Shown: positions 52,425 to 62,334 of the stretch, in pieces
Layout: every line of letters starts with the position of its first letter
Numbering within the stretch: position 1 is the stretch's first letter
NCBI GenBank assembly: GCA_900617105.1
Contig: UYFQ01000129.1
Location: 1-62,334 of the forward strand
From: Hydrurus foetidus
Lineage: Eukaryota
DNA length: 62,334 bases
Direction: 5' to 3'
Made by a program: the position numbers and the translations under genes
Notes under the pieces: model-generated
Databases searched by the model: none
The model's input: only the letters and a program-made list of their open reading frames with translations
Told to the model about the DNA's origin: nothing

Positions 52425-52950
52425 AAGAAAAGCAATTGAATAAAGCTACCTTATCCTCCTTCTTTATGTGGTGTTTTTCCATTATCTTCATGGCATAACC
52501 ACAAGAAGAATCATGCTTTTGGGTGCAATGGACAACCCTAAAAGATCGATGCAATATGCATCTCATCCATGAATCGTCTGTAATGTACGGCGATGCGATG
52601 CCATTACATCTCTGACTTCAGGAATTACCTCGAGTATGAGCCTTCCCCAAGCGTGCTACCAAAGGAGAAATCTGATCGGTGCGGAGGAAATGTCTTCAGT
52701 CCCTGGGAACCACGTTTTGGAAGTGTAGTAGACGCCATTTCTCAAATGAACCACCTGTCAATATGCACCATTGCAATGTTGCTGAAGTTTCGAAGGCCCT
52801 CTTTACTGTCGTTGAGCTTATCGGTTGCAGCACCACCTCACGAACTGAGGAGAGTCACTTCAAGCATTGCTTGCCCCGCCTGAAGTAATACGTACACATG
52901 CACATGCTTTGAAGCGAAACGAGAAGCAAGGGGGGTATATAAAAGGTAAG
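52425..52950 (-). pseudogene. PDK1: Direct repeat, copy 2 (526 bp): orphan PDK1 promoter plus exons 1-2 (ATG at 52738)
   Basis: Offset 3125 bp from copy 1; breaks off 25 bp into intron 2. Confidence 0.93.
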
Positions 52951-53934
52951 AGGAGAGGGGGCGGTTCCCAACCAAGGGGGTATACCTTGCGAGAAACGAA
53001 GGTTCTCGGTTCTATTCCACTACCTGAGTTAGGTCCCTTTAGGGGAAGGAGTCCCATAAGGTTAACCCTGCTTCCCCCTACGCTCTCCGTTGCTCGTTGG
53101 GTGCAAAGTAAAGAGACGCGTGAGGAAGATAAAGTAATGTTATCTTACGATATGGGTGCGCTTGCGCCCCTGAGCTCGCCCGTCCACCCTCCCCTGCTGT
53201 TCTGACTCTCGAACTAAGCTAGGGTACTGGGGGCGGACCTTGGGTCAGAGTTCCCTTCACCAACTGGGCACGCAAGTGGTCAGATAACATTAAACAACAA
53301 CTTATTCTGTAAATAAATACAACGTAGGATTGGTTGGCCACGGGATAATGAAACGCGTTAGACTACAAAGGCTAATATTAATCAAAAGATTATAAGACGA
53401 TACTGTTAGTCGGTCGCGTTGAGTCGCACACGACGCTCCGTCTGCGACACGGATTGCACTCCACAGATTCGAAAACAATTCAAAAAACACAAAGCATAGC
53501 GCTGCAGTGACGAAGGGGACCGGTCTGCCACAGTATCTCGACCCAAGGTCTTCGTCGTCATCGCTTCCCCCCCCCTTAACACCTTCCCCTCCGCAGCCGT
53601 CCCTATGGGAACCGGCGACGGTCAGCGGCCCTTGCTCATAGCCGCTCCAGAGAACCCGTGCTACCGAACGGTATCCATTAATTCTATTCCACTACCTGAG
53701 TTAGGTCCCTTTAGGGGAAGGAGTCCCATAAGGTTAACCCTGCTTCCCCCTACGCTCTCCGTTGCTCGTTGGGTGCAAAGTAAAGAGACGCGTGAGGAAG
53801 ATAAAGTAATGTTATCCTACGATATGGGTGCGCTTGCGCCCCTGAGCTCGCCCGTCCACCCTTCCCTGCTGTTCTGACTCTCGAACTAAGCTAGGGTACT
53901 GGGGCGGACCTTGGGTCAGAGTTCCCTTCACCCG

Positions 53935-55158
53935 CTACCACACCAAGGCTCTGACTCGATCCGGACTTATCAGTGCGTCCGCCCCTCCTTCCCTCGACTT
54001 CCCTCGCCGGGGTATCAGCCTCCTCAGGTCCTCAATTGTCGGTTTGTGTCCGCCGACCAAACTGTTGGACGCGAGCGGGCCGATTCCTGTCCCATAATCG
54101 TAGGTGATGTTCATCACCTGGGAGTTCGGGGCATAATTACCTCTGTCCCTCCGGTCATCCTCCGAGGCTCCGAGGGAGCGCATTTCTGTGATCGCCCCTT
54201 TCCTCAGAGAATGGGAGCTGAAGTAGTTGCGGTCCAGACCGTTCCTCTCGCACGTGTCTTTGAGCGCCTCCCTAATGTCCCTTGACCGCAGCTTCACGCA
54301 GGGGCTCGCTCCGACCCGAACGCTGAAGAGCTCATCCTTTCCCGTGCTGCCGCTGCGCAGCATGAAGTCTACGAGGTCGTCGAGGAAGGCGCCTTCCTCT
54401 GCCGACCGGCGACCGATAATCTTCGGCTTGACCAGCTTCTTGCCCTTGGCGGTGACCGCAGTGGCCCTACACTCCACGACGGTCGGTCTACGGGTGCCGT
54501 CCGCTGGCTCGACCTCTGCAAGCCTGCTGCCGTAAAAGCTCCTGCTGCCATTGGGCGAGACGGCCACAAAGATCAAGTCGTCCACACGGACACAATGATC
54601 GACCCCCCCCGGCTCGGCGGTGGTGTACTCCGACACCCGCGCCCCCATCTCGAATGCCCACATACACCCAATGTACTTCGTCCGGTCCCGCAGGTCGGCC
54701 CCGGTCCAACCCCGTCCTGTCCACATCCTCGTCTTCATCTCGACCAGGACACTCTCACAAATCGGTAGCTTGACGCTGGCCGCTGCCCCACGGTTCTTCC
54801 TCTCCCGGAGCTCCTCCGGTTTGAGCTGGCAGGCCGCCCTCGCAGTCTCTACAACTGTCGACTTCAAAAAATCCGTTGAGAGCCCCTCCTGCGAGAATCG
54901 TAGGCGAATGGCGGCCGTGAAGGAGGTCGCCTGCTTTCCTCGCTGGCCCTGCTCGTGCTTCCTCAGCATCATGATCCCGACCAGGGACGCCTTCTCCTCT
55001 TCGCCCGCACCCCCCACAAATGGGTCGTTCTCGTCCACCTCACTCTTGAGGAAGGCTACCCACTGCTCCCAGTACTTGTCGTAAGCACGGTGCGTGTTGG
55101 GTAGCACGGACTTTCCTATGAAGCGAGAAAGCTCCAGTCGACTCTGGGTCGACACCAT
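53935..55158 (-). CDS. Tyrosine recombinase
   Basis: GARVSEY, HSLRKGA, RGNYAPNSQVMNITY; N-terminal T..AY...W SAM-like region. Confidence 0.95.
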   Translation of the reverse strand: MVSTQSRLELSRFIGKSVLPNTHRAYDKYWEQWVAFLKSEVDENDPFVGGAGEEEKASLVGIMMLRKHEQGQRGKQATSFTAAIRLRFSQEGLSTDFLKSTVVETARAACQLKPEELRERKNRGAAASVKLPICESVLVEMKTRMWTGRGWTGADLRDRTKYIGCMWAFEMGARVSEYTTAEPGGVDHCVRVDDLIFVAVSPNGSRSFYGSRLAEVEPADGTRRPTVVECRATAVTAKGKKLVKPKIIGRRSAEEGAFLDDLVDFMLRSGSTGKDELFSVRVGASPCVKLRSRDIREALKDTCERNGLDRNYFSSHSLRKGAITEMRSLGASEDDRRDRGNYAPNSQVMNITYDYGTGIGPLASNSLVGGHKPTIEDLRRLIPRRGKSREGGADALISPDRVRALVW

Positions 55159-55308
55159 TCCAGCGACTCCTGTAGTGATGACATTCGATGGGTGAAGTGG
55201 TTACTGAGCCAAACTTCAGGTAGTGAGTCAAGAGGGGGAGCGACGGTCGACTCCTGCGGATCTAAGGTCTGCTGGCCCCGGTGCGAAGGCGCTCCTCAAT
55301 GTCTCGTA

Positions 55309-57606
55309 TCAGTGTCGCGAGTATCGGAGCAAGAACGAATCAATAGCGCTCCTGGCTGAGGACCAGAACCCTATGAACTCCTCCTCGGAGTGCAGCTCGG
55401 ACCTGGGGTCGCATAGATTGAGTAGGTTGACGATGTCTTTGTCACCATCGATCTCGACTACGTCTACCCCCCGCACACCCATCGCCTCTGCCTCATCGAG
55501 GATTGACGTCGCTGGGGTGCGACCTCTCCTCGACAGCTGGTCGCACCTCTTGTTGTCCGTGCCAGCGATGTGCGTGACCTCCTTCACGTCAACGCCGGCT
55601 GCGATGCAGAGCAGGGAGAAAACCATTGCGGCTTTAGTTACCCTCTCGCCTCTTGGCCTCTCCGTTATGGCCCATGTCAAGGCCGTCACACTATCGCCCC
55701 GTAGGGCCACACTCCTCCCCCCACATCCGAGAGCGATATGTCCTAGAACGGCTAAGATCGCTCCAAGGAACTCCGAGAGGTTCTGGAACGACGAATCTTC
55801 GCCGAACCCGAGGAACAGGAGATCCGCGGCGCCGACACCCACTGCCACCTCTGCGTCGCCTTCTCTGCTGTACCATATAAGGCCGGCTCCACTCAGCGAT
55901 GAGTCGAACTCGGCCACAACTGTCGGGGTCTCCGGCGCGAAGGACGCGATGGCCCGGGTAAACTCCACTTCCCTGTGCCGTACCAGGCACAGCATGGCCC
56001 TCCAGCACTGGATGGCTACAACAGCCTCGGCTGACAGGGCGAATAGCGCATGGGGGTCCGTCCGACCCCATGTCAAGCGGTAGAGGGCGCTGCAAAATGG
56101 GCGCATAACCCGGCAGATCTTGCCGTAGCGGGTGCTCCACGATGCGAGTCGCTGCGCCGTCCTCAAGTTGACTCGCGCCGAGGTATCCGCGGTAAGAAAA
56201 CCGTGTAAGGCAGTTAAGAAATTTTTCTTACTTATCAGTACACGTCCGGTATCAAGGTCTATGATGTACCCGATTACGTCGAGTCGCCGGCTGACCTCAG
56301 TCTTGTCGTCCGCGACTGCGCCGGAACCGAGCAGTCCAGTGCAGATGTCTCTTGTCAGGGCGAGGTCAGCGGCGATGTTCTCTTCGAAGCCGATCCCGAT
56401 GATGTCGTCGACATACATCACGGTGCTGCTGTGCAGTCTTGACCGAAGCTCCCACGCGATGGCTCGAGTGACCACTTGGAAAGCAGCTGGGGTACCTGAC
56501 CAACCGAAGATGCCGGCAAGCTGCAAGTACACCAGGTCGTCCGTAAGCAGCATGCCGAAAAGGCCGACGTACTCAGCTCGAAAGGAGAGAAGAGTGTACG
56601 CCCCCTTTAAGTCCATCTTCCACAAGCGGAGGTCTTCATACCGAAGAGACGAGTCGCGGGCCGCAGCGTCCTTCCAAAACTGATGGACCATGATGGCGAT
56701 GTCCTCTATCGTTGGGTGTGTAATGGCTCCGTAGTAAGCTGTGGCAGCGTCGGCGGTGGCGACCGTGTTGAGCGGGGTGCCGTCCACGTTGCTCAAGTCC
56801 CCCAAAGGGCGTCCCGACGGCTTCCCCCTCTTTGTCGTCCAATGCGCTTTACTCAGGTGAAGATTGGGGACGTGTTCTTGGGCTAATTTCAGTGGCAATA
56901 AAAACGCCAGCCGCTGCTCCATCACGGCGCCTAGCATCTTGTTTACGGCGCACGACACCGCCTCGTAGGAGACCCGCAGCGGCGACCGAGGCTGGTTTCC
57001 GTTGGGCGTGAACCCCTCGGGTATCGCCACCCTCATCCCGTCCACTAAGTCGGTGATCAGTGCCATCTCCGGATTCTCCGGACTCAGTGATGCCACACTA
57101 GTATGGCTCAAGCGGTCCTTTGAGAGGATCTTGAACCGACGCTCCACCATCTTCCGAAAGTCCAGTTGGGCGGCCTGCAGACAGCGGACGTCACTTGCGA
57201 TATACTCAAGTGGAAAGACGTAGCCGCCCGCCCACTCGTTCGCTGCATCAGCTCCGAAATCGTTGCGTGCCGCCTCCGCCGCCTCTGCTATCAGCTCCTC
57301 TATCCCTGCCCTGCTCGTGGGTGAGCCGCCCGGGAAGCACGCTTTTATCCAAGCCCCGATCACGGGCGCCGCCCCGCTGGGGTCGACTCTCCTGTCTTCC
57401 GTGCTGCCGGCTGACGCTTCTGGTCTTGACTCTCGCTGGGTCAGACGCGGTGCCTCAGTTTGCGGTACGCTCTCGGCGACTACGTAAAGGAATGAAGCGG
57501 ATAGGTGAGTATCAGGTACTACTGATAAACATTCAAGGCACCGCGAGGCACTCAAGTGCTTTCGCCGCGTGCCCGATGCTACGGTCGCATGATAAACACA
57601 GCCCAA
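55309..57606 (-). CDS. Reverse transcriptase/RNase H of DIRS-Ngaro type
   Basis: KMDLKGAY, GIFGWSGTPAAF, MYVDD, VIGYIID; RNase H EFDSSLSGAG, NLSEFLG, RGDSVTAL, HIAGTDNKRCDQLSR. Confidence 0.95.
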   Translation of the reverse strand: MGCVYHATVASGTRRKHLSASRCLECLSVVPDTHLSASFLYVVAESVPQTEAPRLTQRESRPEASAGSTEDRRVDPSGAAPVIGAWIKACFPGGSPTSRAGIEELIAEAAEAARNDFGADAANEWAGGYVFPLEYIASDVRCLQAAQLDFRKMVERRFKILSKDRLSHTSVASLSPENPEMALITDLVDGMRVAIPEGFTPNGNQPRSPLRVSYEAVSCAVNKMLGAVMEQRLAFLLPLKLAQEHVPNLHLSKAHWTTKRGKPSGRPLGDLSNVDGTPLNTVATADAATAYYGAITHPTIEDIAIMVHQFWKDAAARDSSLRYEDLRLWKMDLKGAYTLLSFRAEYVGLFGMLLTDDLVYLQLAGIFGWSGTPAAFQVVTRAIAWELRSRLHSSTVMYVDDIIGIGFEENIAADLALTRDICTGLLGSGAVADDKTEVSRRLDVIGYIIDLDTGRVLISKKNFLTALHGFLTADTSARVNLRTAQRLASWSTRYGKICRVMRPFCSALYRLTWGRTDPHALFALSAEAVVAIQCWRAMLCLVRHREVEFTRAIASFAPETPTVVAEFDSSLSGAGLIWYSREGDAEVAVGVGAADLLFLGFGEDSSFQNLSEFLGAILAVLGHIALGCGGRSVALRGDSVTALTWAITERPRGERVTKAAMVFSLLCIAAGVDVKEVTHIAGTDNKRCDQLSRRGRTPATSILDEAEAMGVRGVDVVEIDGDKDIVNLLNLCDPRSELHSEEEFIGFWSSARSAIDSFLLRYSRH

Positions 57607-57946
57607 ACACGGGTATCATACGACGATAAGCATCATCAATCCGCATGCGGAGGGTCCAGACACCCCTGGAGCCCCGTTTTCGCTGTATTCACACCGGCGA
57701 CCGCACGCGTCAGTGTTAACTACATGACAGTACGCAACTTCGTCAACTGTCTACCTCTCGGCAGCGGTCTCCCTATATACCACTGGCATTCAGGGGAGAC
57801 CGCTGAAACAGCAATGTCACAGACGCTCATCATCAACACGCAAGTAGACGAGCACATGACAAGCTGCCGATCCTTGATCGACCCGAGTAACAGAATGACG
57901 TTACTCAATACACACCTATGCAAACGGACGGCATCTCTTCCAGAAG

Positions 57947-59572
57947 TCACGATCGCTTGAGAACTGCCTTGGTCAAATCTCCTCGAGCCGTGGCGGTCAA
58001 GGAGCCGACAATGTCAAGCAGACGTTGCTTAGACTTGCCCGCTATCGCCACGTGCCTGAAAGCACAGTTGTCCCCGTATTTGCAGGAGTAGGCGCGGCCG
58101 TCCTTGTTGACGGCACCCAAGACGTTTCCCAGATGCCCAACGCATGGCCTGGAGCTAACGTCCTTATTCTCATCCCCTGGCGTCACAAATGCAACAGCTG
58201 CCTTCTCGTTATTTTTCCCAGCAGCTTCCTTCTTCGTCGGGGTTTTCGCCGCCGAAGCTGTATCCAAGCGTCGGATTTCCCGTATCCGAAAATGGGCCTC
58301 TCTCATCACCATAGATGGGTGATCCGAGAGCTCCATCGCCAACTTCCTGAACAAATCTGTGAGGTGCGTTGCGCAGAGCTCTGGGGTCCGTAATGACAAC
58401 TCCGCTGGCAGCGCCGAGCCCCGAACAGTAGCAACCTCACGGAAGAACCTCTTGAGTCCCAGTTGCACTGAGTGCTTCAAGAAATCAGAGGGAACCAGCT
58501 CCATAGGCCTGCACACGCCTTCCAACTTATCAATAAAGGACTCTAAAACCTTCTCAAAGACGTCTGAGAAGCAGACTTGCATGACCATTTGGACATTTTT
58601 GAGAGCCGTCACCAAGCCCGCGTTGTTGGATGGGCAAGGTGACGGCTTGCTCGAGATTTTTTCCCCAGATAAGAAGTCCTCCAAGCACAAGGTGGCTTCA
58701 CTGGTGTCGGCGAGGACTGAGCCGATAAGTAAAAGCTTGAGTTTACCGTTCTCAGCTAGAACCGGTAGTTTTTGAATCCGGTTCATAAGGCCGCAGGACA
58801 TGAAGGCAGGGTGCCTGTCAATGACCTGCGTGTCCCCCTGTTCGAACAGCATTCCCCTATAGTACTCCGGCTGTAGGGTGACGTCGGATCTGATACCATA
58901 GTTATGTCTGACGGGGTCCATGATACGATATGTGCACCATAACTCCCTCTCGCGTTGATGCAGGTCAGTCTTGTTCCTTGTCGAGTGCTCCCCCCCATCT
59001 AAATCTACGATGGACATACCTTTCGTTTTCCCAGAAGTGTCTTCCGCCTGCTCACCCCCTACCTCCAGTGGGCGAAGACATGGACGCTTCGCGGGTTCTG
59101 CCCCGGGCGCACTGCCTGCCGCAGGCTCTAGAGAGGCGCGCAGAGCTTGCAACAGGCGAGGTTGGGCCACCAGATAGTGACCCATTGAGGGAAACTTCAT
59201 AAGTGCACCGACCGGGAAAGGTCGGTCCAAGGTTCCCGCCGAGAAATTGGAGCAATGACCATAAGTCATCCGGGTCTGAGGTTTCTCATGGACCTGGAAG
59301 AACATGGACTTGCACCTTGCAAGAAACGTAAAGTTGAGTGCTTCCTCTGCCTGTGGTGCATCCAATGGAATCACCACAACCGAGTTGGACGGAACCTCCG
59401 CAGCCGGAACCGAGAGGACCATCTGCATAGCATACTGCTCGCCGTCATCGTCCGAGTACCCCGCTACGATCGACGCTGCGTGCTCCAAAGCACGCATCAG
59501 AGGCCCAGTCACCTGCGCGTACGCTGGAAGGATCACACCGCTAGTTTCGACAGACGAAGCGGTAGCAGACAT
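57947..59572 (-). CDS. Gag-like ORF1 (541 aa from the ATG at the end of repeat A1) with a C-terminal CCCH-like finger
   Basis: Long intact first ORF; C..CKYGDNCAFRH. The frame extension to 60007 runs through repeat A1 and flank and is probably untranslated. Confidence 0.8.
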   Translation of the reverse strand: MSATASSVETSGVILPAYAQVTGPLMRALEHAASIVAGYSDDDGEQYAMQMVLSVPAAEVPSNSVVVIPLDAPQAEEALNFTFLARCKSMFFQVHEKPQTRMTYGHCSNFSAGTLDRPFPVGALMKFPSMGHYLVAQPRLLQALRASLEPAAGSAPGAEPAKRPCLRPLEVGGEQAEDTSGKTKGMSIVDLDGGEHSTRNKTDLHQRERELWCTYRIMDPVRHNYGIRSDVTLQPEYYRGMLFEQGDTQVIDRHPAFMSCGLMNRIQKLPVLAENGKLKLLLIGSVLADTSEATLCLEDFLSGEKISSKPSPCPSNNAGLVTALKNVQMVMQVCFSDVFEKVLESFIDKLEGVCRPMELVPSDFLKHSVQLGLKRFFREVATVRGSALPAELSLRTPELCATHLTDLFRKLAMELSDHPSMVMREAHFRIREIRRLDTASAAKTPTKKEAAGKNNEKAAVAFVTPGDENKDVSSRPCVGHLGNVLGAVNKDGRAYSCKYGDNCAFRHVAIAGKSKQRLLDIVGSLTATARGDLTKAVLKRS

Positions 59573-60496
59573 AATGAAACGCGTTAGACTCCAAAGGCTA
59601 ATATTAATCAAAAGATTATAAGACGATACTGTTAGTCGGTCGCGTTGAGTCGCACACGACGCTCCGTCTGCGACACGGATTGCACTCCACAGATTCGAAA
59701 ACAATTCAAAAAACACAAAGCATAGCGCTGCAGTGACGAAGGGGACCGGTCTGCCACAGTATCTCGACCCAAGGTCTTCGTCGTCATCGCTTCCCCCCCC
59801 CTCCTTAACACCTTCCCCTCCGCAGCCGTCCCTATGGGAACCGGCGACGGTCAGCGGCCCTTGCTCATAGCCGCTCCAGAGAACCCGTGCTACCGAACGG
59901 TATCCATTAAATTCCGACATTCCGATTTCTATGGGCCTCGGGTCCTTGTCGTCCCATACAGACATAGACCAAACTACAGTCACACAACGCCGACATGGGA
60001 TCGACACTCACAACTCAGATGTCGATATCACTGCTACTTCCATGACCATCTGGAGTGATCGCACTGCGGTGTGTGAAAGTGCGGTAAACATGGGAGACAC
60101 CAGATACTGACGTACGTACTTCTTAAAATGCATTTGAAGTACGTGTTCTCATGCTCATATGTTTTCCAGCCGACTCAATACAGAAGCCTGCATTTGGTAA
60201 CATTTTCACCATTTTATCACAGAGAAGAGTTACTTGAGATCGTGCAGAAAAGTGGCATGATATCATATGTAGAGACGCTATTTCAAAATCAATTTAAAAT
60301 CCACTAAGAGACAAAATAAGCAATCGTACAGTTTATACATATACTTGTATAAAATGCACAATATAGTGTGGCACTAAATCTATTGTTCCAAATACGAAAG
60401 AAGAGGAAGGGACTATGGATCTGATTCCTTATTGTATCGGATTCCTAAGTACTTTATGGGAAGCACATTCACATGTATTCTACTCTGTCCAGACAC

Positions 60497-60592
60497 CGTA
60501 TAATTACTCTTCTCATTAAAGACCGCATAATGACTCCTCTCATTAAAAACCGTAGAATTTCTCTTCTCATTGAAAACCGTATAATTTCTCTT
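60497..60592. repeat. Short imperfect ~27-bp tandem repeat (CCGTATAATT.CTCTTCTCATTAAA..), about 3.5 copies
   Basis: Direct reading. Confidence 0.8.
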
Positions 60593-61158
60593 TCAATATC
60601 TCTTCCTGTCATAAAGCGTATTTTTTCTGATGAGGTATAACGGAGAAGTTGTGTGTGGGGTACTTAGCTGTAGAGAGTGCGATGTGAGGTGCTGTCAGCG
60701 CGATGTTGTGTGATATGGTGTGTGTGTATACGATTTATTTGAACAGTAACCATCTCAATGCAGACATAACCGACATCGCAAAATCAGAAGGTACTCATCT
60801 ATTCTGATTCTGCGCTGTATGAGAAGCATCCTAGTTTAAATGACACAGTAGATGGTACACATGTGTGACGATTACCGACACTCTGACCCACTCAACTCAT
60901 TCATTACTGCACTATTTGAAATAATCAGAATCCCTACTCTCTGTCCATAATGACATAACTAAGTCTTCAATTCATGATGCACCACACCGAAGCGCTAATG
61001 TGAGTGTGTCGTGTAATGCACCGGAATGTACGCCTATTGAAGGGCACGTAATGACACACTAAATGCTGCTGCTCCGCTACTATTTCCATGAGATGCTTTG
61101 ACAAGAACTGTCGATATTCCTTGCAGTTCAATTGCCATGACTAAACGCATAGCAGTGC

Positions 61159-62334
61159 TTAGACGTCCTTCATCCAGTCCTCCTCATCTCCCTCCTCATC
61201 TCCCTCCTCCTCGTGACTCGCATCCTCACCCTGCTCATCCTCTCCCACCTGTTCTTGCTCTACATTAGCAGTCTGCAACTCTACTTGTAAAACTGTCTCG
61301 TGACCTCCGACCGTCTGGGACCCGACTCCTTCTTCTAGTATCATTTCTTCCCCATCATCATCATCGTCATCATCATCCTCTTCGTCCTCTCCATTCTTAT
61401 CATTGTTCATCTCCTCTCCTCCTCCTCCTGTTGCTTCTCCTTCTCCTTCATCGTCATCTTCCTCATCATCATCGCTATCACTTGCATCCTCGAAAGCTCT
61501 CTTCATCGCCTCAATATCATCGACTGCACCCACACCCACACCTGCACTTAAACTCACACCAACTAGAGCTCCCTCTCCTGACCGCTCATTCGCATCACAG
61601 GACACACCACCTGAATGTACGGTAGACGGTAATACGGCTTGATCCCGTATAGATATTTGACGCGGACAGATATTCATCGATATTTCTGCGTGAATCTGAG
61701 AAGGTTCTGTTACTGACATATTTCCTTGACCAGATTCTGCTGTGACGTCAGTCGGAACATACGTGGCTCTGGTGACATCACTGACAGTTGCTCCTGAGTG
61801 CGCTTCATCGACATCCATCGCAATGACTGTCTCTTCCTCCTCCTCCTCCTCGTCATCTCCTCCCTCTTCTTCTCCTCCTTCTCCTTCCTCTTCATCGTTG
61901 TCTTCCCCATTCATTTGCTGTTCCTCTTCTTTTTCTTTTTCTTTTCTTCTTCTTCAATTTGTTTCTTCTCTCTTAGATTCACTTTTAGTTTTAATTGATT
62001 CACATCATCTCCCGCTGCCATGTCATTTACAACCCCGCCTTCCATCCCGTCTCCATTTAGACTAGATTTCTCAGTCATCAAAACAGATGACGGCTGATCT
62101 ACGACAGGAGGTAGAGTGGCGGGTAGAACAACTTCAGTTGTGTTCACCGCTTCTTCCTTTGCTTTCTGGACCTTTATAACCGACAAATAATCTTCTCTAT
62201 CTCTGTCCTCTTCCAGATCAACTTCTGTTACCAACAATTCCGGATGATCCTGTAAAAGTTGGCAGGAAGCGGCCGTCCACTCCCGGCCAGTTATAACAGC
62301 ACTTACGCCTTCTGGGTATTCTCTGCTAACCATC
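61159..62334 (-). CDS. 3' end of an unknown gene with a very acidic C-terminus; frameshift in an A/G-rich run near 61945
   Basis: ORFs 61911-62333 and 61159-61914 are continuous in composition; the gene runs off the window edge. Confidence 0.6.

Larger units (their letters stand above)
53010..59913 (-). mobile_element. Ngaro/PAT-type YR retrotransposon with split direct repeats; apparently intact
   Basis: A1 59571-59910 = A2 53345-53681; B1 53682-53932 = B2 53010-53261; order on the element strand is A1-ORF1-RT/RH-YR-B1-A2-(83 bp)-B2. No methyltransferase domain seen after RNase H. Confidence 0.93.

Noticed and set aside
53935..55158. Prophage, integron or retron interpretation of recombinase plus RT
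   Set aside because: Eukaryotic context, DIRS-type RT/RNase H and split direct repeats identify a YR retrotransposon.
55223..56683. + strand ORFs (286 and 183 aa) inside the YR element
   Set aside because: Antisense shadows of GC-rich RT/RNase H coding sequence; no motifs.
59573..60007. 145-aa N-terminal extension of ORF1
   Set aside because: Runs through terminal repeat A1 and past the inferred integration junction; the ATG at 59572 is the likelier start.

Overview
Eukaryotic nuclear DNA with GT-AG introns full of microsatellites, most likely from a photosynthetic stramenopile (inferred from a CYP38 cyclophilin with signal-peptide/transit/lumen targeting). Host genes: 3' part of a VPS13-family gene (+), TIPIN/Swi3 (-), CYP38 (+), WRAP53/TCAB1 (-), a decayed coiled-coil gene (-), a tandem-repeat type I membrane protein (-), a PDK1-like kinase (-) and the acidic 3' end of an unknown gene (-). 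Five transposable elements: a 5'-truncated chromodomain Ty3/Gypsy, a hAT transposase insert, a 159-bp MITE, a PIF/Harbinger-like element and an apparently intact Ngaro/PAT-type tyrosine-recombinase (YR) retrotransposon with A1-ORFs-B1-A2-B2 split repeats. Two main findings. (1) Two unrelated DNA transposons, 33 kb apart, each lie between 526-562 bp direct repeats of a host promoter plus first exon(s), in near-identical geometry, so the host gene stays intact while a spare promoter copy points antisense across the transposase. (2) The YR element has one splice donor in ORF1 that is in frame with acceptors in front of both the RT/RNase H and YR coding regions. All calls are by eye, with no database searches; assembly or haplotype artefacts cannot be excluded.
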